Assembly (NCBI RefSeq): GCF_947568905.1
Contig: NC_079172.1
Span: forward strand, 9,548,001-9,612,000
From: Ostrea edulis
Lineage: Eukaryota
Direction of reading: 5' to 3'
Length of the DNA stretch: 64,000 nucleotides
The notes beneath the pieces are model-generated. The model did no database searches, was not told the origin of the DNA, and saw nothing but the letters and a program-made list of their open reading frames with translations. Positions 1 to 14,300 of this stretch are shown piece after piece. Numbering within the stretch: the stretch's first letter is position 1; the number at the start of each line of letters is the position of its first letter. Made by a program: the position numbers and the translations under genes.

Positions 1-1287
1 TTGAGAGTATACGTAACACTGGGGTTTCATTTTAATGTATCTTTATACCTACCCAAGCATTTCTGGCTTGTGTTCGTCCTGACAGAGTAGTCTGAGGGTT
101 GGCAACATTTCTATCCAAAGACTCGTCAAAACATGCCAAAACCCAGTCAATAGAGGTTTTCTGGTATCTTTCACTGTTTACACATGTAATTCTTTGTTAC
201 GTTTTGTCTTTCCGCAGTGCAAACACTTACTTTAACCAGTGTGATGAACTTTGATGATTAATGTGTGATGAAATTTGAGGATTAATATGCTGGATTCGAT
301 ACGAATACCAATGAGATGTACATGTATAACCGCCCAACATTTTACTCGGTATACTAGTATGTCAGACCGGTCGACATGTTTTCATTGCTATACCTTAATA
401 GTATTTCCTAACTAAAACTTCATAATAAGTAATAACGTTTTAAACCGGACTGAAAATTCATGCATTAACCGATTCATTATAATTTGATTTTGGACACCTC
501 AACCCAACATCCGAAAAATGTCCACAAATTAAAATTGCATTTAGCTAGAATTCGTTCTTAGTGAGTAAGAGCCGTGATTCAATAGCCTAGGAAGAACTCA
601 AAGCGTTAATTGCAAGATGTCTCTAATGCGCCTAGGAAAAATACAGATAATTAATTTTCAATGTGAATATTGAATAAAAACATTTGATAGTGTTCTCCGA
701 CATCATCGGTTTTGTTGAATCGATTCTCTGGCAAACAGTTCTCTCCCTTTCCACTTAACCGTCTTAAGATAGTTTGCAACATTGGTCATCAGGTCCGACA
801 AAATACATGTATGTCATCGAACTAAATCACTAATATTTGGATCATCGAACCTTTCGTCATATAAAGCTATAATATACGGTTTTGCATGGGTGGTTACTTA
901 ATGTGCGAAGAAGCAGAAATGACGGCAACTCTATACTTGTGCAAATAACAAAATGAAAGATATCTGGATAAAATCTCTGCTTGATGTTTTAAAGAAATTT
1001 TAAAATTGATGTCGGATTTAGAGAGTTACGGGCTAAGGAAATGACCCTTTTGCACTTGAAATAAAACCCAATCAAATTTTAAAGATTTGATACATTTGAG
1101 ATACATATGCATGCATGCTAACATATACAGGCATACACAAACTAATTCTCTATTCAGAAATACAGATTTTCACGACTTTTACAGATTTTCACGACTTTTA
1201 CAGATAGCAAGAACAGTTAGTTGCTGTTACTATTTCATTTGGAATTAAGAAAATTGAAATAAATCCATGTTGAAAATTCAGATATAA

Positions 1288-1288
1288 A

Positions 1289-1354
<66 letters not shown>

Positions 1355-1524
1355 TTCAATAAATTATATCCAAACATAAAACCCAATACTCAAACTTTTA
1401 TCCAAAAAATAAAATCTACTGACGAGCCCGCAGGGCGAAAGTGCTATAAACTTGTTTACATTGTTTAAAAATCGACTGACGAGCCCGCAGGGCGAAAGCG
1501 CTATAAATGAAAGTTTGAGTATTT

Positions 1525-1573
<49 letters not shown>
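1288..1573. repeat. (TG)n/(TA)n microsatellites flanking a small inverted-repeat unit
   Basis: Dinucleotide runs at about 1288-1352 and 1530-1573. Other runs: (TA)n at 11269-11316 and 41827-41887, (CT)n at 26419-26456. Confidence 0.9.
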
Positions 1574-1584
<11 letters not shown>

Positions 1585-1645
1585 GGAGAGTTTCATTTAT
1601 TTTCGCAACTGAGAATATATAGGTTTCCCTCTCATTACATTAATT

Positions 1646-2330
1646 GAAATAAAAGGCAAGTGGGCCCATCGCTCACTTGAACAACCCATTTTTAATTCCT
1701 GTTTTGATGCAGTACTGGACCCAGGGGCCATGTTGTGAACAAATGCGAATCTATACTATACATAAGGACGTACTTGGATATCAATACCGGTATGTGAAAG
1801 ACTCTCCCTTGGGTTTATTTAGAAGCATCTTTCTATAGAATTATCTCAAATGATCCAAAATATGTTTACCCTTATACTTGTACATATAGTGATCTCGTCC
1901 TGGTGCGTGGCTTGAACAAACTCAATTTACACTACATGGAGATGCTTGCATATTAATTACGTAATTGGAAAAGCTAGAACAACATGAAGAATCGTCTACA
2001 TCATTTCCGCAAGCTGTACCCTTGAGAAGAAGATTTTAAAGCAATTTTCATACGAAATGTTTAATTTACCGCCATCCCCCACCTGTGTTCCCGCCCTGGT
2101 AATCACGTGGGATCTACGTTACATGACGGTACTTGCGTAAATGATATTCTACACTTTCTCATCATAGAGAATGGGTATGACTTTTAATTGAACAAATCTG
2201 ATTACTTTATCCCATTTGCTCAATGTACATATGACTGTTCAGTTTGGTTGATATTGGGCCAATGGTTTTAGAGAGGAAATTGAAAATCTGAACAGTTTGC
2301 AGACGACAAACACAGAATATCAGAAAGGTT
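1646..2330. mobile_element. Degraded HINE-like element
   Basis: caagtgggcccatcgctcacttga start and HINE-type 3' part (gatattgggccaatggttttagagagga...cagacgac...cagaaa). Ends are approximate. Confidence 0.5.
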
Positions 2331-5300
2331 CTCGGTTCATAAGAGTTGAATTTTAAAACTTCTTAAGATTTTAATTTGAAAACATCATTAGTCATTACCA
2401 TCATCCATAATGAACCATTTCTGAATCAAAACGACCAAAATAAAATGACTTGTCAGTAAACAATTGTTTCGTTAATATCAACTGAAAATGTGGACTTCAT
2501 TTAATCGTATACGGTGTCATTACCCAGAAAGAAAAATGCAAGTCGTCATGAACTTGCACATGAATTCAAACAAAATACAGAAGAAAGTTTACTATTGGAC
2601 ATATTGCTGGCCTTAAGTATGTCCTGGAACCCGTGTTTGCCCTACTCTTAGTTTAAAATTCCTTTAAGGAGTTATGAAATTGATCACTGTTCATTATCTT
2701 CACTTTTCGCCTTTATCATAGCCAGTCTGCGCTATCTTAAGCACAACATATGATGTATAGATACACTAATGAAATATATGTAATGAATGTAAAAGCGCAT
2801 ACGACAGGGTTTTACGTCGTGAGACTTTCCCTTATTAGTGGTCTCCGAGACGAGTTCCCCCAGAAGTCTTATCAACTTCACACTTTCCAAAGCCAACGCT
2901 GCCTATAAACCTAGAATTAATGGTTCTGTCACAAAGCAGGAGAAATCCAGGGTACTGCCATACGTTAGTCAAAGTTAAATCACAGAAAATAATAGGCTCC
3001 AGTTGGAAAATTCAGTATGATGTCATCAATCAAGTAACTCTTACCATCGTCTTCAAATTGAATTCGTTACTAATAAAGAAAAAAACTTCTCAAAAAATGT
3101 TCAGCAGTTTAATGCAATACTTTTGTCGTGTTTTGACAACATAAATAAAGCATTTCAAAAGCTTTAATGATTAATTAAAGCACGCTTATTTACCAAAATG
3201 AGGCAACAAACCCGAAATAATGAGCCGCGAATGCAAAAATCAATTCCAGAAAATTATATCAATTAGTTGGCATAATCATTGGGAAAAATTACAACAAAGG
3301 CGCAATTAAGATCGTCCAAATGCAAAATCATGTTTTGTAAATACGTCATAATCTGAATTTTGAATTTAATGGGTGGCAGTAAGTACAGCATTCACAATAT
3401 AACAATTGTCTAACAAAACATCGAAAGTTATGTGCACATGTCTACTGTTTGACAGGATTACAGTGGTCTACATATTGTAGGAGACCGAAATGTTTCTTTC
3501 CAACGATCGTGTGATTATCTCCAATTATATGAGAATTAACGTTTCTTTTATTCAAGGCTCAAGTTCACTAAGATTGCTTTCCTAAACCTTTAATGGTCTA
3601 TCTCCAATTAACAAACCTATCAGGGGGCAAGTGCGCGCATTATATTCGATAATATTCAAGTGAAATGGCAAAGATATTAAAGGGTTTCTACCGTCTGCAT
3701 TTGCGATTGTACTAATGGGAATATGCATTACATGTCTCTTTTATATCACGAAATATGTAAAATATCAAAGAATAAACGCGATTAAAGATGGCGTCGGTGC
3801 CAAGCTAGCCCTGCTGTGAGGAGAGGCTTCCTGCTGTGCAAGTTATTCTGCATAGATTTTTCTTACCATCATCAAATGCACTTGCACGGCCACCTAAACG
3901 CAAGCGAGAAAAATGCAGTGTTCAATGTGTTTGTATCAGTAGGTCGTCATTTCGCGTTAATAAGAAGACGATGAACACGACACCTCGTTTACTCAGAATG
4001 TCAGAGTATAGTAATGCATTGGAAGTGGAAACATCTTGTGTGCATTTCATTCTCCCCATGCTAATAGCCACACAGATATTGCTCATTGACCAAAACGAAA
4101 GCGGAAAACCAATTTGTCAACGCCGACAAATTTGTCTTAAGAATAATTCATATAAAGAAAAAGCCTATGTTGATAGTGTGTAGCAAAAGTGAAGAATCCG
4201 ATATACATGTACTATTGGATCAATGGTATGGAAATACAGAATTGCGGGCTAAATAATGTTGGATTATATGAGTTTTTTAAACACCAAAAAATTACCTTCA
4301 GAATTGTCTTGCTACGTATTGCAAGAATCAAACATTATTTTCACGAAGTCACTGTTAATCACATTTCACGTTCTTAAGGGTTTCTCTTACCCGATAAAAC
4401 AAATCAATAACCGTGTTTATTTGAACTCCGTGGAATAAAATGTCTTAAAACTATAACTGTTTTGGTGTATTTTGATGAGAATATTTAATTTTCTGTCAGG
4501 CGCCCAAGATACGTAAACGTGTCTGTAATGGTATTTCAAATTAAATTTCTAACTAACTTTTATATTATATCCTAAAGATGCATCACTTTGTCCCACATTT
4601 GATTAAAAAATAAATAGACAATTATAGGAAGGACGCCGAGTATCAAAATATGTCTGGTTTTCCAGTTAGAAGGGAGTAGCTTCAAAAATTAAGCATAACA
4701 ATGACACATTCATGTATCTAGAAAACGAATTCAAAACGCTTTTAACCGAAGATTCCCTCATGATTGAAATGTTAGAGGTGCAGACAAACCGTCTTTGAAA
4801 ATTACGCCAACAAAGCCTGGAACTTTCTTCACTAAATACCCAATTATTCAACTTCCGTATAAAATATGTTTGTCAGGTGCTACCAATTGCAACCAACTTT
4901 GTTGTAACGTCTTTGGTAATATGTAACAAGACACTATTAATTATATGCCTGATATTTCAACATTGTGAAATGACAAAGCGTATTTAGTGTAATGCTAAAA
5001 TGCTATCTTCTTTGAAGGCTCCTTTATTTTTATGATTTTGAACTCATAAAAGCCCCAGTAAATGTACGTAGATGAACATCTGAAACGCAATCTAAGGTAC
5101 ACGGTATTAGTCAGGTGCGTGTTCAGAAACAGTATAACTTACGATGAACGACCATTCACAAACACTGCAAGTATATAGATGGGATGTCTTATATTATACA
5201 GAATTTATCAAGAATACGTTTATTGCTTATAGGAATTATGAGATTGATCACGGTTCGTTATCTTCACCTTTCGTTCAAAGAAAACATTGGTTTGCCTTCC

Positions 5301-6043
5301 AATATTTGAGAAAAGTGTGTCCCTTTGATATCGCAAGTACTTGATTCACTGGTCCAAATCACTGAACTGTGGATTTTGTAAATGTATTTACACCTATATA
5401 GTAAATTTACACCTACGTGTATTTTCAGAATTCAAGATGCGCATATACATCGTGAAATCTTCTCTCAGTCCTATTGTTTCACGGAACTTGTATAAAACAA
5501 CCAAATTTAAAGAATATTCAGTTTGTGTGTGGCATCAGTTCATGTTTGGTATCAATAGGATTAAAGCTATATTTACAAGGAATATGAAGCCCTCATTGGC
5601 AGATTATATGCTAATAGGGCTTGTTACAGGGAGTTAATGACCACGCACTTCCGCAAAAAGCGGGTGACAATTGCGTCCTTGCGATAGAAGAATTAGCGCG
5701 CATCCAGATCTGATCATTTTTAAAAAGTGGATTAATTGCAATTTCATATTAGTCAGAAACACAATAAGGTTCATGTATCATAGTATTACATCTGAATATG
5801 TATTGTGAAAATTAAAACTACCAACACTGTCTTCCAAATCTGTGGCCACATATATATTTCAGTCTCACATAGAACATAACCAATTTTCTTAAATGCATTA
5901 TTGTTGTGTTTAAATTTATATATCTAATTCGAGAACATTATATTTAGAATTTACAATGTCATAGAGATGTAAGACAATGTAATAAGCCATCATTTCTCGA
6001 TGAACGCATCGTGACACGCATAAAGCATTCAAAACTTCCTCCC

Positions 6044-6795
6044 AACAAGAGGCCCAATAGCCAAATCGCTCACCTGAGTCACCGTGGCTCATATTTTAAA
6101 GGTTTTCCCTATATATATTCGCATGTAAAACTTTGATCCCTATTGTGGTTCAACCTACCCCCAGGTGCCATAAATTTTAAAGACTTGAATCTGCACTATG
6201 TCAGGAAGCTTTCAGGTAAATGTCAACTTGTCTGGCCCAGTGGTTCTTGAGAAGAATATTTTCAAAGATTTTCCCTATACATTTATTTGTAAACCTTTGA
6301 CCCCCCCCCCCCCCCCCCCATTGTGGCTACATCCTACCCCTAGTGGCATGATTTCAACGAAGCTTTTAGGTAAATTTGTACTGTTCTGGCCCAGTGGTTC
6401 TTGAGAAGATATTTGTATGTAAAACTTTGATCCCCTATTGTGGTCCCATCTTACCCCCGGGAGTCATGGTTTTAACAAACTTGAATCTGCACTAGGTCAG
6501 GAAGCTGTCATGTAAATTTCAGCTCTTCTGGCCTAGTGGTTCTTGAGAAGATTTTTAAATGACCCACCCTATTTTTGCATTTTTGTGATTATCTCCCCTT
6601 TGAAGGGAGCATGACCCTTCATTTAAAGAAACTGGAAAACTCTTCACCCAAAGATGCTTTTTTTTATAAGATTGGTTGAAATTGGACCTGTGCGTCTGGA
6701 GAAGAAGTCGAAAATATGAAACCTTTACGGACAAATAGACGGACAACGGGTGACCAGAAATACCGACTTGAGCTTTCAGCTCAGGTGAACTAAAA
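6044..6795. mobile_element. HINE element carrying ~166-bp Cg170-like satellite monomers
   Basis: Starts aacaagaggcccaatagccaaatcgctcacctgag. Repeated aaaactttgatccctattgtggt...ttgaatctgcacta...gtggttcttgagaaga units. Ends gagctttcagctcaggtgaactaaaa. Confidence 0.75.
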
Positions 6796-7956
6796 GTTAA
6801 ATAACACAATACAGTTAAAAGAAGGAATGTCTAGCTGATCTGCTTTATGGTGACATTATGCAGATTTCCCAATGGTCTCTTTATTGTGTACCCCATAATA
6901 CAATCAAACTAAATATAGTTTATCACTTAGAATTCAACTCGGAGAATACTTTGTCTCAAAGCGTGTAATAAAAGGTGATTGCGGTGGAAAGGTATTTTGT
7001 GAATGAAATAGCTTCAAGCATATGCAAGTTGTACATGTGTATCCCTTGCGTGATGCGAATGTTTTGTTTTATTTTTTTAAACATATATTCATACCTGCTG
7101 GGTGTTATATGACTGTATATTAACCAATATGTTGTATTGCATAAGGAATAAAGAATCGAATTGAATAGTATGTGTACACTGTACGATGTACAGGAACATT
7201 AACCACTGCGTGATATATCACACGAGACATATGAAATGGTATATGCTTGATATACAGGTACATGTAGTTTGAGACAAATGAAATGATACGAGGTATATGT
7301 GATGTGCATGTAGACTGAAACATGGGTCATGGTAGAGTTAGCTGGGACGAATCCAGGAATGACGGTTATGGGGCGCATATTTATGAGGCAGTGGGTCTGG
7401 GGGCCGCCCTGAGGCCCCCCAGTGGGTCAAGGGTGAAGCCCTGGTGGGGGCCCAGAGGGCGAAGCTCCTGGATTTTGCAGATTTTATAGGGCTTGAAATA
7501 TGTCTCCTATGTAGTCATTTTTACTATTTTGTATCATTTTTGATAAGGTGAAATTAATAAAATGATGCAAATTTTAAGGGGTTTGGGGGAAAATATAAGT
7601 TCTCCAAGTAAAATTAATTCATTAAATCAAAAGATTTTGTCATTTATATCTCCGAGAGTGGAAGAAATTATTGCTTCTTTTGTCGTTTACATTTTTCTAA
7701 ATAAGACACCACGATTTACCCTAAATTTGAAAATGTTAGGAGGACGTGTGCCGGCTGCCCCCCCCCCCCCTTAAATCCACCACTGGTTGGACATAGAATG
7801 TATGGTATGGTAGCGTGAGGCATAGGTAATGGTATATCCACGAACGAGACATACTGGGTAGGATATGATGAAAATCATGTATGATATAAATGTAAGGTGA
7901 CGCATAGTAAATGGTATAATAAATTAATGTTATGTGAGACATAGGAAATATTATAC

Positions 7957-8885
7957 ATGCAAGGTGAAGATAACGAACAGTGATCAATCTCATAACTCCT
8001 ACAAGCAATACAAAATAGATAGTTGGGCAAACACGGACCCCTGGACACACCAGAGGTGGGATCAGATAAACACGGACCCCTGGACACACCAGAGGTGGGA
8101 TCAGATAAACACGGACCCCTGGACACACCAGAGGTGGGATCAGATAAACACGGACCCCTGGACACACCAGAGGTGGGATCAGGTGCCTAGGAGGAGTAAG
8201 CATCCCCTGTGATGGACATGTACCGAGAGTCATGAAAAATAGTATTTATGTGATGTACATTTATCCCGAGACATAGAAATATGCGTATAGTGTAGCATGA
8301 GACATAGGTTATAGTATGTGCATGGCAAGTAGCGCGAAATATACACGTAGGAAATGTATAATGCGATATACATGTAGTGTGAGACATGTTTATATCTCTC
8401 AACTGATTCAATACGCAAGAGCTTGTTCTGTGTATGGTCGGTTTTTAAATCGAGGCAAGCTACTGACAAACAAGTTCATGGTACAGGGGTTTCAACAGTT
8501 TCGTTTAAATTCAGCATTTCGCAAGTTCTGTGGTCGTAATAACGATCTAGTTTGCCAATACAACCTATCCTTTTGTCAAATGCTGTCTGACTTGTTTCAT
8601 ACCGATTATTAGGCCGTTCTTGGCACACCGATTTTGACTACGGATAACTTCGTTTACCTGATCAAGATATAGGGCTCACGGCGGGTGTGATAAGTCGACA
8701 TGGAATGCTTACTCCTCCTAGGCAATGATCCCTGGATATACCAGAGGTGGGATCAGGTGCCTAGGAGGAGTAAGCATCCCCTGTCGACCGCTCACACCCG
8801 CCGAGAGATCTATATCTTGGTCAGGTAAACGGCCTAATTAATCGTTATGAAACACTTTAGACAGCATTTGACCCAATGATAGGAT
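7957..8885. mobile_element. Composite of Penelope-like fragments: 7957-8210 (-), 8388-8724 (+), 8725-8885 (-)
   Basis: Same family. The ORF at 8316-8612 contains VYISQLIQYARACS...QMLSDLFHTDY. The last two pieces form a fold-back. Confidence 0.7.
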
Positions 8886-10607
8886 GTAGGATAGATTGGT
8901 GTGATAGGATGATATATAGGAACGTCACGAGCTGTGTGAAGTATCAGAGATGGCGCTTACGGTGGTGGGAAGCACAGTTCTTTATCGATTTTATCCTAAA
9001 TGTTTTTTTTTAGGTTTGATGCAGCGTCGAGATTGACAATCGAAATGTGACTCTTCAGATACAATAGCTTGATGCATAAATGTACATAGTACATGTAGAC
9101 TGGCGGTAGACAAAGCGATTTATATATGACTGTCCCAAGAAAACGATTTCCCAATTTACATTGTACATGTATAATCACCCACCCTCCTATTCAATCATTT
9201 CTAAAGTGATATTTATATATTTCTCTTACACTATTTAAAATACGGATTGACTATTAAAGGGATGGGTATTTGTTAGTAATGAAGCGAGAATAGAGCAAAC
9301 ATCAGGCAAATCAAACTAAACAGCAACACACATGAACAATTACGGCAACAAATTGATACTTGCGATAAGATTTATGATTTCGGCTTTTTCATTATTTAGC
9401 TGTTTAAGTACCAAGCAATAACGATTTTTGACAAATTGCATCGCCTTTCGGCGGCAGTATCTAATTGAATGAGCCCTCTCTCACGGCACCTAAGGAGTTT
9501 CACTCACAGTCATTGTTATGAAATGAGTTCCCTTACTACACGTCAGGCGTGATTTACTTAACAACCTTCTCTATCCTCAGACTACCTCGCTGTCCGCTCC
9601 ATGCAATCAGGAAGCTTAATTATGTTTAGATATTTACCGTTTTTTGTTTTCCTGTAATTCTTATGAAGAACGTTCTCTTCCTATAAGTGCATTTACGATG
9701 CTTCGCCGTGGCCATCAGTAAAAGTAATTCGAAATGAATTATATTTCACGGTAATGTACGATGTACTTCAATATTCGGAGAGGCATGTCAATCAAGGAAT
9801 CTGCAGCCGTCCTACGTAAGGTCTTCACACAATCCATGTTCTACTCTATCTGATGCTTTACTAGTTTCACAGAAAACTGAACACCCGTGTTTACTTTGAC
9901 TGACACGATAACAACTGGTAGTTTTTATATTGTAAACAGTACTGCTATATCGAATATACTTCTACCGTGTGCTGACGTTATTGTTTGTTTGTACATGCCA
10001 GTGTTAATTGGCCAGTGTTAAAATTGACAATATGATATTTCCATTCTTAAAGAGAACTTCCCTACGCATTTAGGCCTGTTGTTCAATCCTTTCTCGTTAA
10101 AATTGAAATAAAATAGCTTAAATCAAATTAGTATGTTTGTTATCTGAAAGTTAATTCCTATACAATCAATGAAATAAACTATATAACAACCAGTCTAGAT
10201 GTTTAGAATTTAAGTAGTTCTATATGTTATTTTCCAATCAACAATGACAGTTCGATTTCTTATATTCGTGTATTCTGTCGTGATAGTAAATTCATGTTCC
10301 AGATCCCCATACGGTGTATCGACGAAATGATGTAAACGAATGTTTTGTAACACTTTCGATTTTTGTCCTTCTATTTCAATACTTTAGAATTATGTAACAC
10401 AATATCATAATCTGCATCTGAACGTTTAATAAATATTGACTTTATAAAGTACCATTTATTGAATTTGATGCATTCAGTTGTCTTGATATCGAAGTTTACA
10501 AATCAATAACACATAGTGGTACTCAGATTTCTCCCATGCATCCTAGCTTCTTCGATAGTTTCTGTTTACACCTGTTGAATACTTGTAAAGCCGCTCTGAG
10601 CATACTC

Positions 10608-10793
10608 GATTTTAACTGTGGATTACTACTTTCACCTGATCAAGACTTGGGGTTCTCGGCGGGTGTGACCAGTCGACAGAAGATTCTTGCTCCTCCTAGG
10701 CACCTGATCCCACCTCTGGTATATCCAGCGGTCCATGTTTGCCCAACTATCTATTTTGTATCTTTCATAGGAATTATGAGATTGATCACTGTT
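10608..10793 (+). mobile_element. Penelope-like 3' fragment running into the assembly gap
   Basis: Same 3' module. Further short copies lie at about 2617-2708, 5221-5272, 41140-41360, 44395-44549 and 55730-55790. Confidence 0.65.
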
Positions 10794-10991
10794 NNNNNNN
10801 NNNNNNNNNNNNNNNNNNNNNNNNNNNNNNNNNNNNNNNNNNNNNNNNNNNNNNNNNNNNNNNNNNNNNNNNNNNNNNNNNNNNNNNNNNNNNNNNNNNN
10901 NNNNNNNNNNNNNNNNNNNNNNNNNNNNNNNNNNNNNNNNNNNNNNNNNNNNNNNNNNNNNNNNNNNNNNNNNNNNNNNNNNNNNNNNNNN
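10794..10991. other. Assembly gap (N run)
   Basis: 198 N. The ORFs called across it are artefacts. Confidence 1.
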
Positions 10992-11266
10992 GTAAATAAA
11001 TATTGAAAATCAGAATGACACATTCCATAAAAAACAATCATTTACTGCTAGCGCTTTCTCCATGTCTGCATGGTTCATCAGGCAGTTCAAATATGTATAC
11101 AAAAATTGTTTATTAACGTCTTTGTTATGACGTCAATAACCAGTTATAACGAACTGCCGGATGAACCATGTAGATACATATTTGAACTGCCTGATGAACC
11201 ATGTAGACATGGAGAAAGCGCTAGCAGTAAATGATTGTTTTTTATGGAATGTGTCATTCTGATTTT

Positions 11267-11319
<53 letters not shown>

Positions 11320-14300
11320 CAAATACACGGGTTTTTTTCAGTGACTCCATGACTTGGAACATAATTTTGACATGAGATCGGAAAGTATTAACGCATGTTG
11401 TTATCCATACATATGTATCTAAAGATAACTAAAATGTTAAGTTTGATACAATGAAGTATTGTGATCATTTTCAACTTCAGGAGGTAGTAAAGTATCGTAA
11501 TTTTTATATCAGATGATATATACATAATACATGTACATGGTAAAATGAGTTCTAGGTACTAAAATCTGATAACGTGTACCACCTGTTACTGGTAGAAAAT
11601 CTCACGAAAATCGTGTCCCTAACAAAATGTTTTTCCCGTAGTCTATACCTCAGTACGTAAATCTAGTCATAAAACGGGGCAAACTGGGCTGGACTCTTAA
11701 TGCATAATGTAATAAAAAATTCAACAGTTCGCAATCTTCTGTAAAATTCACAAAACATGACATTCCTAAAGTGTCAAGAATTTGCAAGACAAACCCTAAA
11801 CCATATGAGGAAAGAATGGGCTGAGGGGAAAACGTCGCAGGAATACAAACAAATTCTAATTTTTGAATTTAAATACATAAATCATAACACTATATTTGTA
11901 TATGGTATTCATGCATTTGTTCTTTCTGACGTGTTGTATCATATAAAATTTGTGTAATATGTTTACAACATTATGATTTAAACGAGAGAGCGAGGCAACA
12001 TGTCTTTTAATGGAAACTGGGATCTAGGTTCTAAAGCACATTGCCTGTATGACTAAAGATACTGCACACTAAAATACAATACATTCGAAGTGCCATCACT
12101 TATTTCTTTGCGTTCTATCAGCCTGGAACATTGTGAAACAAATGCAGTGTAATAAATCTTATGTGTCATTTTATAGCTTCTTCATAACTCAATTTTGGAA
12201 GTTGAAATACATTCCTCGTCGCGTATGGCTTTATCGCGCACCTGCATAATTTATCAACGTCGTACTCAATTTAGGATGTACTACAGTATAGACGCGGATG
12301 CAATGTATTTACTGCAGTGACGACTAATGCAACTATATTCGAGTACATATACTTTTAAAAATGCAATATGCACTCAAGAACACAGGGTTATAAAAATATA
12401 CATATTTCATGTAACAGGATTATAAGAAACTACTAATCTATTAATTCCTTTCATAGACTTGCTTTGTTCGTATCAAAGCTGGAATAATTTAGAAATATAT
12501 TTTCAAATTGCAGAAATAACGAATTGTGACTTAAAATGTGTGTTTATATAGAACAATTTAAAAATCCTCCAATTTAAATAATCTCAATAGGTCTGCATTG
12601 AAATCAGTAACACCATATGCCTTTCATAATGTGTGTTTTGATTTTACTTGTATATAGTTTAATGTCGAGTCCCTTTAGCGAATTCTTAACTCCTGCAGTG
12701 ACGTCATCATCTGTAGGTGAAGTGCCACTAACTTTGACCTAAGCCGATCGTTCAAAGTCGTAGTAGTGACGCGGTTACTTATAGCGTTAACTCAGACCGT
12801 GATACTGGGCCTCCAACCAAAAGACTCATGACTTCTACATATATAACTCCGGGCGCATGACAAGGGGACATTCAATACTTGTGTCAAAAGCCTTAGGTTT
12901 GATGCGGCGCCGTAGGATAGCAGACATACATGTACAATGTTTATACCTATTCATGAATCGATGATTTAGTTTGCATCATATACCTTTAATTCGTGGAAAT
13001 GCTGTATAAACCTGTGATTTTGTGGGAGCAATATTGCCTTGATAGTTTTAAAAAATAAGCATATCCGTGGACTTTATTTGAAAAACGGTTATCGGGGATG
13101 AAGAGTCTTTAATATTTATTGCAGTTTAGATTTTCTTTTTCAAAAATTAGAAATGGAAAACTTACAGTTCGTTAATTATGTGCGTGTATTACTCTTCCAA
13201 TTTACCTTGTGTATAACATATTCTTTGTATTATAACTTTACAGTGATTAGTAGTAGCATTATTTATGCATTGTTTTTTCACCCTCCATTACGTAATTTTA
13301 TACTGTACTAAGCTGTATCAATGTTTACGAAAAAATAAAAAAAAAACCTTCACCATGGAGGCTTTCAATTATAACCCGACGAAATAAAAGGATTTTACAG
13401 AAACAGTTTCTGAGCAACTACTGAAGGATGTTCACGACATAAATTCTAATTTGATGGACATCGTTTTATACAATTAAAGGATTAACTACTTCTCACATCT
13501 CTTTCATGATGTGAGATGATAAGATGGGGGTATTTATCTCAAACATTCTACCATGCATTAAACATTATCTACAAGCACTGATAATGATTGCTACCTACGC
13601 TAGTATCAGAAATCGATGAATGACAAAAGCAATTCCATTCAACTTAAATTATTTCAATTTTTCAACGTATATTTTATTCCCACACTTAATAACATCGATA
13701 AGCTAATAATGACGAAATATATTCCATGAGCGTGGGTTCCCTTGGGATTTAATGTACGCTTATTTGCAAAATAAAAATCTTTAACAGGATTTACATAGGC
13801 TTATACATATTCTGATAAACCTATATCAAATTTAACATTACAGATATTGATACACCTCTTGAAATTAAAACCGATATGCCATCATTTGGTATATGGATAT
13901 ACATTTTGTTAGTCTGTAGTATTGACCATTCGCCGAATAAACAATTAATATCATGTCCATTATAAAAGCACTAATAGTTTGTTAAAATACGTAAAAATTA
14001 ATTGATCTTCATATCAAGTGGTGCGAGGGACTCGTGAGCAAACTCTGAGATTAGGACAGAAAGGGGGGGGGGGTGACAACATACAGCAAATTTGAATCTA
14101 CATTTATTTACAAGATGCAAATGCTGAAATGTTAATTAGACCAATGAGATTTTGGTTCTGATTTGCTCAATGAAGAATACGGCAACGGTTCACATATAGG
14201 GGTTGTTACATAAAATTTAAAAATATCTCCACCTTGATATCAAATAGGAATCTATGAAAAATTTTATTCCATGGTGATTCACAAAACATTACAAAGCTTT

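Noticed and set aside
7736-8233. Long ORFs (165, 96 and 92 aa) with repeated LIPPLVCPGVRVY-type peptides, and similar ORFs at 39336, 44262 and 27590
   Set aside because: They are translations of the non-coding 3' module of the Penelope-like repeat and its 39-bp duplication.
8660-8810. Hammerhead, HDV ribozyme or SECIS in the Penelope-like 3' module
   Set aside because: I could not fit a CUGANGA/GAAA core, an HDV P1.1/J4-2 arrangement or a SECIS AUGA-AA-GA spacing by eye. An Infernal search would be needed.
10536-11041. ORFs of 83-156 aa spanning the N run
   Set aside because: Artefacts of translating the gap.
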